Shown here: positions 51,031 through 64,000 of the stretch, in pieces | How the letters are laid out: each line of letters opens with the position of its first letter | How positions within the stretch are numbered: position 1 is the first letter of the stretch | NCBI RefSeq assembly: GCF_006345805.1 | Contig: NC_042997.1 | Span: 122,388,001-122,452,000, forward strand | Length of the DNA stretch: 64,000 bases | Source: Octopus sinensis | Lineage: Eukaryota | Direction: 5' to 3' | The notes under the pieces: model-generated | The model's input: only the letters and a program-made list of their open reading frames with translations | The model's database searches: none | What the model was told of the DNA's origin: nothing | Translations under genes and position numbers: made by a program

Positions 51031-54000
51031 GATATGATTATAAACAAAATCAGATCTTGTTTGAGAAAATAAAAACAAATAAAGATTGGTTTATGCTTGA
51101 TCACTTTTCATCGATCTTCGTTGATCTACACTTCAACAACACAAGCAGCGAATCAGACAAGCAAAATTGCCGTCATACAAGCAAAATATGCAACGGGTCA
51201 TACAAGAAAAATTCTGAATAATGTAAATGGAAGTGAACTTAACAGATAATCTGATGGAAGAAACCTGCCTACCTACATACATGCATGAGTACGCATGCAT
51301 ACATCTATGTATTTAATTTTATCTCAGTGTAAACCTAAAACATATTTAGTAGGAATTCAATTATTTTATAATATATTTCTCTTCGGGAATAATGATTTGC
51401 GAGGTTCAAATGAAGCTATAAAAAACGGCATGTAAATATTGAAACAAAAACTTCTTTTGAGTAGAAAAAGTCGATGGCTACTCATGGGACTCGAACCTAC
51501 ATTTCCTGTAGACATGACAGTCATTCTACAATATAAACATTTTTGTTGAAAATTAGCTTTTCGTTCACATGCTTTTGAATCTGCGATCGAGCGTAAGCCT
51601 ACATATTTTACTCTCAAATAAGATTTCCTTTTATTTATAATTATATCACATCAAGCAATCATATACACAACTAATACAAACAATTCTTTTGATAGCAGGA
51701 TTGACACAAATTTTCAGTAATATAATAAATTTTTGATATGATTACTATTTCATAAAATCTAGAGCAGTTGAGCAGGTAATTTGTTATCAGCATCTGGTTA
51801 GGTTTGTGTCAACTGTTTGGTATTGTGTTAAGCTATTCAAAAATATAAAGTGTTAAAAACCGTAAATAATATGATATATTATTAGAAATGTTATATAGAC
51901 CAATGTCACTTTATGTAATATGGCCCTTGCGAATAAATTGTATGGTGTATTAGATATATATGAACTGGTTGAGATAAGTATGTCTTTGGGAATAACTGTT
52001 GAATTATGAATATTAAATGTATCTGAATATCATTACAAATTCAAAATATGAGACTTGCGTTTGATTTTACCAGCTTTGATCCGAAGTGTGGTTGCACTAA
52101 GACAATGGCGCGTAATAGGAAGAGAAGTGGTATCACAGGAATAAAAGTGAAGAAATACAAATAACAATCACTATATAATCGAACGCTGCTTTCAATCTTA
52201 GTTTCCGCTCTGGTTATCAAATGCAAGCACACTCACACAAGCAAGGGTCTTTATGTATTAGGTTTTGCATGCCCGCGTGTATCGGTATAAGTTCCTTTAT
52301 TTTTTGTGTACGTGTTTACATCGCTGTTTATCAATGGCTAGCTGTGAATAAAAACACTATGATTATGGTTCTGTAAGAAAGAGAAATCAATTTTATATTA
52401 ATGAATACCAAAATACAACAGCGAAAGAAATATCGTGACTAGAAGAGAAATTTAAATAAATACATGTATCAATGAAATTGGGAAAAAAAAGTGAAATATA
52501 AATGTAACTGGAAGTATATGCAGCTGCAGACAGTTTAACATTAGCGGAAGTTGCAGCAGATTTTGTTGTTGTTGAATTTGGTAGACTAATGAATTTGTTG
52601 GGTTAAAAATGTTGTTGATAATGTTAAATGTTGTTTACAATAGCAAGAAGAAGAATACATACTACAACAGTAACAAGAACGGGGATAGCAATAACACCTT
52701 ATGTGAGATTAGTGTTTTGAAAATTAATTTTGTAAATTTTTGCTAAGAATTGAAATGGTACTGCTGAGGGTGAAAATGCTGAAGGAGTACATTGTTATTA
52801 TGATAATGATGATGACGGAGGCGTCGACGATGATGATGATGATTGTGGTACTGTTGTTGATGATGATGATGAAAAGAAATGGGATGATGATGATAATACT
52901 GCTGATCGATATGAGATACATCATGGTAATAGAAAAAAGATAACGATGATTAAGATGAATTCAGAAGTTAGATATAAAATTAAAAAAGAAAGATAAAAGA
53001 AGAGAGGTTGGTGAGGTGTTCAAATAACTTTTAACATGCGCATGCACATTTTACACTCACAGATATCCGTGCAATAGGACAAATGGCCCAATCTCCCAAG
53101 TGAGCTGATTGTGTATAACTGTATGTGTAAAAATTTGTATTTCACACGTAGCACTGAAAACAATATTTAATTAGCTACCCACCCCGTGTGCTTCTGTCTG
53201 TCTATTATTTATCTTACACCCATATTATCGCTGTCCTTGTATTTGTATCTCTATCAGCCTTAAACCAACTCTCTAACATCTTGCGCGTAATCTCCTCTTA
53301 ACTGAGGTGAGCATTTAAAACCACCACGAGAAGATTCAGTTAGTCTGTATATATTCAGTTGTACATACTATATGAAATACAAGAAAAAGTGAATCTCTGA
53401 CTGATATACTTTAGAAAATTGAAGAAATAAGAAAGAGGTGGATTAAGCTTCGATCTAACTACAGAATTTGATCGTGATCAAAATCAGTGCTCAACGAACA
53501 GCTACATGTTCAACTTTTGCTGTAGTAATTGATACAATGTATCCATTCTTTTAATTCGAGTACATTTAGAAATACATTATATATATGTTTGTATAATGAG
53601 ATTCCTTGTTGTGATTAAGGACATCATTAACAAATCTCAATATACTTCAATATAGAGTACAATTTTAGTGGGTAGGCAGAAACATCTATTTCATAAGCAA
53701 CAAATTTGACCGTTTCAAAATTTTCTAAACTAGTTGAGCGCCATTCTACCATGTGTATACATACTCAGCCCCATATGTGGGAGGCCTGCGTATAATGTTG
53801 CAGGATGCTTAAAAAGCACATGACAATTATTGCTGCAATATTAATGTAGTAATAAAAAAGTATAAATATTAATATTCATATTAATTTTATTACTGTATTC
53901 TGCACGAAAAACCTTATACATTTTAATATTCTTCATTATACTCATATTACACAGAGTAATGTGTATATACGTAAATGTAAGCATGTATGTGGATGCATGC

Positions 54001-54033
54001 AAAAATATATTAATTGAGCATAAATATACAATT

Positions 54034-54044
54034 ACACACACACA

Positions 54045-54102
<58 letters not shown>

Positions 54103-54503
54103 ACACACACACACACACGGACATACACAAATATTTATTTCAGCTTATGAGAATTTCATGCATGTTTCGCTGATGGAGAATCAATAATCTACACAAGAAT
54201 ATATTCTATTAATATAGTAACACTAGGAAGAAGTCAATGTTATAAGCAAGGTCAAAGAAAGCAAATACTGACTAAATGGTAAACATTTATCAAAGCAGCA
54301 AGCACCAATATTGCAAATATTTGGCAAATATAGGAAAATTATCAGCAAACTAAGATTTAATAATGTACTAAGTACCGTAAACTACAATAATGATTGTAAT
54401 ATATTTTAGTGGCGTTGTAAAAGTTTTACTATGGAAATGGCATATACCCGCATGTATGTGTACACACACACATTATATATATATATATATATAGATATAT
54501 ATA

Positions 54504-54550
<47 letters not shown>

Positions 54551-55129
54551 CATCCTTGTTCATAAAATCTCATGACTGCTTTTCCTAAGCTAAAGTATTG
54601 GAGGCTGAAACTACATTGTGTGTATATATATATATTATATATATAGACAAACATTTATAATTTATACATATATGTTTGTGTGTATGTGTACATATCTGTA
54701 TGTATATATATTTACATATATATGTATATCTATATATAAATATATATGTGTATACATGCATGTGTATATAAACATCTATATGTGTATGCATCTTTGTGTG
54801 TATATATATATATATGTATATATATATGCATCTGTGTGTTTATATATATATATCTATATATATATGTATGTATATATATACACCTATGTTTTTATCAAAA
54901 TATAAGGAATTTAAAGACAGTCATTTAAATTAAGCTCTAGTGCCTTATAGGCAACTTCTTCGTATACAAACCTATGATGTCCTACTCTATGTACACACGT
55001 GGTCAATGCTTAGGACCTTTTCAGGGATGTTATCTTCCTCAGCAAACAAAAGAAAAAAATTCTGAATCCCTCAATTAAAAAAAAATGTTTTGAATCTTCA
55101 TGTATAGACATACTGTATGAAGATGTGGA

Positions 55130-55181
<52 letters not shown>

Positions 55182-55526
55182 AAAAAGAGAGAGAGGGCTA
55201 GATAGATAGATAGATAGATAGATAGTGTGTATGTATGAATTTGCGTACATATTCTTGTGTATAGAGAAATAATCATATATGTATATACAAACATATGATT
55301 ATGCATATATATATATGTATACACATGCATATGACTAGATTTACATGCATATATGAATGATGGAATTTGTTTTCCCAAGCATAAATGCATATGCAGGCAT
55401 ATGTATAAATATAATGCCTATATTCCTATTCTATTCAATGACTTATAGATTCACCTATCTATTATAATTTCATTATATATATTGATGCATATTTGTGTTA
55501 CTAAAATTTTTTATAGACACACGATA

Positions 55527-55623
<97 letters not shown>

Positions 55624-55935
55624 CATATATATGTATGTACTCTGTGTTAATATTCTTACATATATACCCACACATATGTAGGAATGTGTATGTATGATTA
55701 CATATAGTCATATCCATTTACATGCAGCTACCCGCTTGCATAATGGGAATATATATCTATATACATATCCAAAATACTAAATAAGAATCACTGCTATGTA
55801 TACTTCTGTGGTCTTTTGAATACTTCCCAGAAGCAGAGATGTAGTTCTACATCCTTTCTTTCATAATTGCTGCTGTAAGTGAAATACATCACCCTTTATA
55901 TATATATATATTATATATATATATATATAAACAGC

Positions 55936-55977
<42 letters not shown>

Positions 55978-56147
55978 ATAGATATAAAGGGTGTTGTTTT
56001 CTATATATACACACACAAATGATTTTGCTTCCTACACCAGTCTTCGTCTTCAGGTTTTTTTTCTAAATTTGTACTGTATATATTTATATATACAGACACA
56101 GACACAAACCCGCATCTTTACGTATATCTATACACACACACACACAC

Positions 56148-56196
<49 letters not shown>

Positions 56197-56345
56197 TACG
56201 TATATTTACATGATATATATATGTATATATATATATATTATATATATATACGTATATTTACATGATATATATATGTGTATATACATCATTCAATTTTGCT
56301 ACACTTGTAGATGTACTAATATCGTATATGCTTATATTCTCGCTT

Positions 56346-56386
<41 letters not shown>

Positions 56387-56390
56387 GTTG
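54034..56390. repeat. Dense cluster of (CA)n, (TA)n, (TG)n and (GATA)n microsatellites
   Basis: Tracts at about 54034-54119, 54474-54548, 54620-54885, 55133-55225, 55528-55635, 55898-55985 and 56120-56390. Confidence 0.9.
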
Positions 56391-57139
56391 CATATTAACA
56401 CTTATCTATGTATATATCTATCTACCTACCTACCTACATATCTACCCAATTACATACGCTCATGTAGTGATGTGTAAGACAGACAGACAATTGAATCATT
56501 TGATAAATAATGTACTTGATCCTCTCCAGATTTTCCATAGCCAAAGCTGAACATATACCACGACCTTACTACTTCTGGTTTGGAACTACTTCACTCCTCA
56601 ATAGCTACTTCCTCACTACACATCACATGTGAGGCCCATAAAGCTGTCCTCCATGTAATTCTGCGACGATCTTGCTACAGAATCAGCACTATATTCTGTA
56701 TCCCATAAATGAGACCTCGATTTGTTGGAAAATTCTTTGGCAATAATTTATATTTTCAGTTTAGCGTTGTGCTGTTTCCTGATTCGGAATATTTTAATAA
56801 ATAATTGTATTTTCTCTTCTCCTTTTTCTCCTGGAAATCAAGCAACCCCGACTATCTAATAGTGTCTTCTCTTAGATCCCTAGCCATAAGTGTACTTCAT
56901 GCTGTCCCTTCCCCATCTAGTGTTGGTCCTTTACAGTTTTCCTCTTTGCAGTTTACTATGCAGCGCCTGGTCAAGCGAAGCGGTAACTGCGCGTCATTTT
57001 CATGGGTTTGAGGGCTATAATATCTGCGGGCCCGCTTCACCAGTCAGACCAAGCCGATTACTACTACCACTTGTAATAGTAGTAAAAGAAAATTTTCTAT
57101 TGATGATTATATAAGTTTTTTTTTTATATGCATTATATT

Positions 57140-57345
57140 TGTTTATATAAGTCATTTTATTAATAATAATGATGTTAGCGATGATGATCATGAAAATCGG
57201 GAGAGGGATTGATGAGGATGGTGATGGTGACAATGATGACGATGGTAATGCGGTTAGCAATAAGGAGGTCGAGAATGGTGAAGATGTAAGATTGATGAGT
57301 ATGTAGACGATAGTGAAGATAGGAATACTTGTCACAAGTATATAT

Positions 57346-57376
<31 letters not shown>

Positions 57377-60300
57377 GTGATATACGATGTTGATAATGAT
57401 TGTGTTTGCATTCATGGTGATGATGGGGTTAAAGTTGTTTGAAATTATGGTTGTTGAAATGATGACTTTCATATACTTATTTATTACTAGAAGTGAAAGC
57501 GCTGATTGCTGTGGAGAATTTTCGTAATGCTCTGATATTATTGTATGAGACAGTGGTGGTAAAGGTGACGTTGTGTTTCTGGTGGGAGTGATAATGATAT
57601 TGCGCTGTTGGTCGTTATGATAGTGTAGCAGGGTGGTGTATTTTGGTTGCAGCTATAGTGATGGTGATTGCATTTTGCAGGCTTTTTGTGTACTACCGGC
57701 GAGGATACTTCTCGGCAGTGTTAGCGCTGAGTATGAAAGACTATTGTCATGGAAGCGGTTATGATATTACTGTTAGTGGTGTTGGTAGAGTATGTCATGT
57801 ACATATTGTTAATGTTGGCTATAATGAATTTGTTGGTAGTTATAGTAAGGATTGTAGGTGGGTATTTCGGTGATGACTATTACATTGTTATTGGTGATTA
57901 TAAATGAGTTGTGTGGGTGATAACTATCATTGTGATTTCAAGTATCATAGCTCTGGTGTCATTGTTGACGCTTATATAAAATTAACCTAGAAGTGGTGTT
58001 ATAGTTGCCGGTGGAATTGATGTTGATGTTAGTGTTTTCTGCGATTGTTTACTATTTTTTTTTATTCATTACAATTTGTACTTGTGTAGGTTTCCTAAGC
58101 TATTACTGATCATCTTGTTATTGTTGTATTTATTCTCCCCACTTGCTGCTGCTGCCGCCTCTGCTGCAGCTTCCGCTACTGCTTCCACTGCTGCTGTTTT
58201 TCTACATTATCACATCCTTCTGATGTTACTATTACTAGTGTGGTGGTGTTTTTGTTTTGTGTCTTGTTGGGTATTGTTATTGTTATGGCGGTGTTTTCTA
58301 CTCACCTATAGGTATTCTGTTGTTTGAGGCAACGTTGTCTGTCTCGTTGGCCGTGTAGCATGTAAAAGCTGACGCTATGACAGTGACAACGATAAATACA
58401 GCGGCAATTCCATTTGTCATATAGCGAAACATCACCATTGTCTCCGACTTCTCATCAGTCCACACCTATTTCTTAGGAAGGCATGCTTTTTTTTCTTGTA
58501 GGGATTCACCTGTGTGTATCTGTACTTTTATGTATATATAGATATATGTATATATGTATGTATTGTGTAGCTGTATGTGTGTGTGTTGATGTGCTAGGTG
58601 TATATCTGTATATAGTTGTGTAATAGGTATGAATGTTGTATATCTATCTAGTATCTATATGTGAATTATTAAGTAATTAGTGCAAATTTGTGATTTTATT
58701 GTTTGTGGCTACTGCAATTTTTGTTTACGTAAGAGTATTGCTGTTGTAATATATATTCATATATATATAAATATAAACATATATAAGTATATACTTATGT
58801 ATATACGTATGTATATATACCCATATATTTATATAAATATATATATGTCAACATCAGTACATACTTTTTATAACAGTTTAAACATATACTTAAAGTTTTA
58901 GTTTTATGAAAATTTATTGCCTTATTGTTGCGCTAATGTAAATTCGGGGCGATAACATTAATTTCGCTTATAAAAAGGTATCAAAATACAAGGTGGGTAA
59001 ATCAATCAGATTCCCTTCTTAACAAACAAGAAGATATTCAGATTCTTTATGAAAGAAAGTTGCGTTTATCAATATCGATAATAGATATTTGAAAACTTAA
59101 CGATGTTTAATAGTATTCTAGTGAAATCGATAATTGTTAAGAATTTAAATTATTGCTGTCAATTGAAATAAATCTCGAGTGTAGAAAATTCAAGGAATAT
59201 TTCTTTGTCAATGTGCTTATGTATGATAAACACAGGTAAATTCGTTCTTAGTTAATTAGCTACACCTTACAATTTACTTCTGATGAAAAAAAGAAAATAT
59301 TTTATATATTTATATAAACGTATCTTCTAGGAGTCCCTCAACTTCAACTCCGTAAACTCACCATTCATCAATGACACTTATATATATATATACATATATA
59401 GCTATCAGTACTCTATCGATTCACCTTATTCCGTTCTGCTTTAATACATGTATTTTAACCACCATTTAATTATACGGTTCAAAATACTCAACAAATATTA
59501 CCATATGAAACTGAAAACGGAAGTTCTATACTTTATAATATATTTATGTGGAAAGTTTATCTGAAATCATTTGTAATGATTGCAGCTGTACTATTTTTCG
59601 TGTTTATGATGTTGTCTAACAATTGTTTGCGTAGTAAATTAATTAATTATATATATATATCAATGTAGAGAACAGTGTATAGATTTATATATAGATAGAA
59701 AGATTATCACTTATAGTTTATTTTTTATTGATATATGTATATTTCGAGGGAAACTAAATTATGTTTATTTCATTGAAACTTTCGAATTTGCAGATGTCGT
59801 TACTGCTGCTGTTGTCGCTGTTGCTGCTGTTGCTGCTTTTGCTACTGTTGTTGTTGTCGCCGCTGTTGTTCTTTTGCCAACAATATTTTGTGCTCCTGCA
59901 CGTAATTTGTTTATGACAATTACTGATGATGGTGATGCTGATGAGATTAATGCTTTTATAAATTGCGGTGATGATGCTATGGGTGTAGGCGTTTACATTT
60001 TAATGAGATGGTTTAGTTGAAGGATGTTGGGAAGGAGTGATAGATATTTTAAAAAAAGTGAAATCTATCTTCGAGTTCTCAGTCTGTCCGTCTTTTTACT
60101 TTAGTCAATCTATCAGCAAATTCTTTTTTTTACTCGATGTCAAAGTATTGACAACATCTACACCAACAACAGCAGCTCACCACACTTTCTACATAGCAAT
60201 AGCCTTACAACTACAGCAACAACAAGACCACAACAGCGTCACGGAAAGAAAAACAAAACAGCAGCGAAAGTGGTAATAATAGCAACAACAACAACAGCAG

Positions 60301-61206
60301 CAGCTGCAGCAATGGCAAATGACAAAATCTGACAGCAATTTCTAACGCAGCTTGTTTTGCGAATGCACTTGCTGCAACTGCTATTGAAAGGAACTAAAAC
60401 CTCGATAAGTGCGTGTGTATATATACATATATATAGACATATATTATTTATAATACACACGCAAAAATGGGGATAAGTATATATACGTATGTGCGTAGAG
60501 GAGTAGATTAATTGTGGTGTGTATTTAAGGCTAATAACACCACGCTACAGCTGCTGATGTTGCTGTTGTTGATGCTACTGCTGCTACCGTCCTTGCTAAT
60601 TCTGCTGTCGGTGTTATTCGTGCTTGTTGCGCTGCTGCTGTTGTCGCTGTCAGTCAAACCTAACACGGTAGTTATGGGTGGTAAATGATTTTCCTTTCTC
60701 CCTTAGGTCCTTCCTTCCTCTCTTATATAGGGATGCTTATTTACTAACTTTTCCCCCTTCTCTTCTATCACTGTATATATTCCGACTTTTTTTGTTGCTG
60801 CTTGTAATAAAACAATATCAATATAAATAATGTCGACACGTCATTCGCATTAGCTGTTTGCTAAATAATTTGCGATCAGACACATTTGAATGACAATTCC
60901 GAAAGGAAGAGAGAGGAAGAAAGCGAAGGCAGTGGAAAAGAAGTTTAATTCAGGTACAAGAACTTCCCCACAGATGATTGATGTTTCACAATCGCGAAAG
61001 AGGTGGGGATCAGCAATCGACAGCGGTGGCAACAACAATAGCAGCAATAACAACAATCACAGTAGTAGCAGCAGCAGCAAAACGGCAACAGCAGCAGCGA
61101 CAACAAAAACAACAATCAACTCTACAAAAATTCTTAATAATCTATAGACACTAACTTCCTATTCTTTTTTCAGTCTAATTTCAGTCAGGGTTATTATTGT
61201 TATCAA

Positions 61207-61259
<53 letters not shown>
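57140..61259. repeat. Domain rich in degenerate trinucleotide tracts (GAT, GGT, GCT/GTT, CAA/CAG, TAT)
   Basis: Tracts at about 57170-57300, 58140-58200, 59795-59880, 60160-60310, 60545-60650, 61025-61115 and 61196-61259. Confidence 0.8.
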
Positions 61260-61260
<1 letters not shown>

Positions 61261-62762
61261 GATGCACAAGTCTACACATATATATTATATTTCTGTCCGT
61301 TTCATATTTATTCGAAAATTTCTTAATAATGGGAGGTCTCTTTCTCATCGCTAACAAAAGATCTGCTTTTTTTTTTTTTACATCAATTGAAATATTATCT
61401 TCAAAGAATGACTCCCTAATCAGCTGTCCCTGTTTCGCTTTTCCTAACCAGTAAATGCTGCTAACATTACTGGGGAGAATATTGGGTTGTCTTTCAACTG
61501 AAATATTGCAGAAGCATGAAATGTGCCTCCACTACTACAGCTATACAGTTTAAGCCTATACTGCCACACGCAACACTCAGATGACTACTACACCAGGCAC
61601 GTGTGCAGCCACTATATATATATATATTATATATATATATATATATATAAATTACGCACACGTATACAGTATAGCAGATGGAACTATATCATCTAGCTAT
61701 GGTTACATTTAATAATGAACATATATATAATATATACGTGAACAGTAGTAGTAGTTGTAGTAGTGGATTATTTCTAATTGCTTTTTCACACACTCATTTT
61801 CCTTCTGCGTTGAGAAGTTGCAGTTCCTTAAAGTCAATTGTTAACTTAAGTCTTACATAAATGCGAATTGGAAAACATAGGCAAAAGGCAAGAAAATAAT
61901 GTATTTAAAAAAGATGGATGTAAATTATGCCTAAAATTAGAGAAAGAACACTGTAACCACCATCAATAGCCATAAATGTTTAGAGAGCTGAATACATAAA
62001 TTGTTGATAATAGAAGTAAGAGATTTTACCGTAGCTTAAAATACATACTTGGATTTAATAACGAATGTAGTTGTACACGAAAAAAAATAAAGATAACTGA
62101 AATATGTGTGTATGTTTCAAGGTGTAAGAGAATTAACTAAGCATGCAAGGAGATTGTCAGCCAAACAACCTGTTGTCACACTACAAACTTGCGCATGCCT
62201 GCAAGCATAGTTGTGTGCTTAAGAACGTGTTGTCTCATATAGGAACGTACTCAGCTCTTCGATTTATGACACGACGTAGAGCAGGAGGTTCGTCATAAAG
62301 AAGTGTAGGGAATTCTATCATATGATCGTATGTATTGATACTTTAGATGTGGAGGAGTCTCATGTGTGCAGTAAACAAGCATACACGCTTGTATGTAACC
62401 ACATGGATTCAGTTAAGTAGGTAATTTAGTAAAGGGGGTGATACATTAAATGATAGATTAAAAATGCATAAAGACAGATTTACGAAACAAATGTTGACAC
62501 GTGCATCAGGAACTATTGCAGAAAAAAAATGAATTAAATTTGAATAAAGTTGACAACCAGTTCTAAGTATATTTATCTCAAAATATATATAATTGTATTC
62601 AAAGTGATATTCTAAATAATTATATTAATGATATGAATAGTAAACTGTTTTAATGGCTAAAAATTCACAATGAGATGAAAGTTGGAATGGTAGGAAAAGA
62701 TTGTATAATTTCTTGTATAGTGATGTATTTAAGTATCTACAGTTAGACGTGATTGCACATGG

Positions 62763-62797
<35 letters not shown>

Positions 62798-64000
62798 TGC
62801 TTGAGAAAAGATGTGTTTAAACAGAAAACTAGAGAGGGAGAGAGAGATAATAATAATAATATATGGAAGCAACAGCAGCGAAATCTGATCAAGGAAGATA
62901 AGTGTGAGATTTTCAATTGTATTTACCCTAAATTATTTACCAGAGTAACGAAAAGAACAAGTATGACCAATATGAGGAAGAAAATAATACAAATATACCG
63001 GCATTTTAAAATATTGGAATGTCTTTAAAATAATGACATTAATGAAAATGATAATTATTTCCTTACGTTAGAAATCTGTGTGAGTGATTTAGAATAGGAA
63101 AATGTACTGAAGATTGTGTTAATGGCTAAACAGCAACAAGGTGGGAGTTGTAATGGGAAGAAAAAATTGTATATTTTAGACTATGTTGATCTGTTTAAGT
63201 GTCTATATTTATATAGATGTGCGTGCACATGGGTATATGTTTAAGAAGTGTTTGAACGGAAAGAGAGAGGGAGTGAAATAAATTGAGAGAGAGAGAGAGA
63301 GAGAGAGGAGAGAAGGAGAGAGAGAGAAATATATAAATAATTGTTATCCAGAATAATTTATCATAAAAATATATAAAATATTTCTATATTTATATTAGTG
63401 GAAATACTCTTAATTTATATCGCAAACCTTTCTTATTTATCAAATATACTTTCACTTTCCGTTTGTTTGTATTTTTTTTTAATTATATTTTGAATGCATG
63501 TTTGGATTTTAGTGTTGGTGTGTGCGCGCGTATGTGTGTGTTGAATAGGTGTTATGGCTATATCACCGCTGTTATTATTACAAGAATACTTGTTGTATAT
63601 GTTATGTTTGAAGTGTTTGGAGTGTATTATTTTGTATTTTTTTTTTTATATTTTCTTTCTTTGTTTCTTTGACAGGCCACTGTTATATTTGTAGTTTTTG
63701 GTGGTACAAGTTTCGCTTGGATGCATCTGTATGCATGCGTCGTCTGGTTGTTGGAACTAAGGTTTACATCCTCGAAATCATTTCGAATATATATCCAATA
63801 ATTTTGCGGTTGCAATGATATTATAAGAAATTTTCGGCTCCACACCGGGTCGTAGGTGGTTCTGTTGGGTAAATTCTCGGTTGCCGTGTTGTACGACGGC
63901 AGAAAAACGCCAGCGTGCTGATTCTACCATTTAGTAAGTAGATACCGCTCGTAACGACCACAGACATGTGTAGTTGGTTTACAACGACAGTTGCTTTACA

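Noticed and set aside
51472-51545. Minus-strand tRNA-like 3' half (ggttcgagtcccatgagtagcca)
   Set aside because: A B-box-like motif is present, but no acceptor stem, D-arm or proper anticodon arm can be folded. At best a decayed SINE head.
52105-52164. 19-aa ORF MARNRKRSGITGIKVKKYK in good Kozak context
   Set aside because: Too short to distinguish from chance, with no supporting signals.
6525-56398. Many ORFs rich in IY/YI, HT, CV, LS or ER repeats
   Set aside because: They are translations of (TA)n, (CA)n, (TC)n and (GATA)n tracts or of SINE bodies. There is no domain signal or credible exon structure.
60890-61147. 85-aa ORF with poly-N/S/T tail
   Set aside because: The second half is a CAA/CAG tract that avoids stops trivially, and there is no recognisable motif in the first half.
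13103-61649. Single-base phase shifts (tt or aa) inside many (TA)n tracts
   Set aside because: They cannot be separated from long-read consensus indel errors without raw reads.
244-61980. Scattered TTTATGG/CCATAAA Hox/Cdx sites
   Set aside because: The number I noticed (about ten) does not exceed the chance expectation of roughly 14 on both strands.
62502-62514. 13-nt match (tgcatcaggaact) to miR-217
   Set aside because: The seed is not matched and there is no pre-miRNA hairpin. Such a match is plausible by chance across many miRNA families.
1-64000. CRISPR array, rRNA or prokaryotic operon
   Set aside because: There is no regularly spaced repeat-spacer structure, rRNA-like sequence or gene-dense coding. 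The window is eukaryotic repeat-rich DNA.

Overview
AT-rich eukaryotic non-coding DNA. The SINE families and the very dense (TA)n/(CA)n/(GA)n microsatellites look like an Octopus-type cephalopod genome (recognised from memory, not from a search). I find no supportable host protein-coding gene, rRNA, intact tRNA or CRISPR array, and nearly all ORFs in the track are microsatellite or SINE read-throughs. The window holds about 9 copies of a tRNA-headed SINE with an internal microsatellite (family A) and about 7 copies of a second SINE with two alternative tails (family B). It also holds decayed non-LTR remnants (RTE, L1-like, two R4/Dong-like RLE ends, Penelope-like) and one intact 414-bp MITE with perfect 25-bp TIRs and an 8-bp TSD. 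The most striking unexplained structure is a set of long, sequence-unrelated foldback elements (35-, 68- and 138-bp arms) that each abut a (TA)n tract, plus (TA)n tracts whose own flanks are inverted copies of each other. There are also two local direct duplications and several candidate regulatory motifs.
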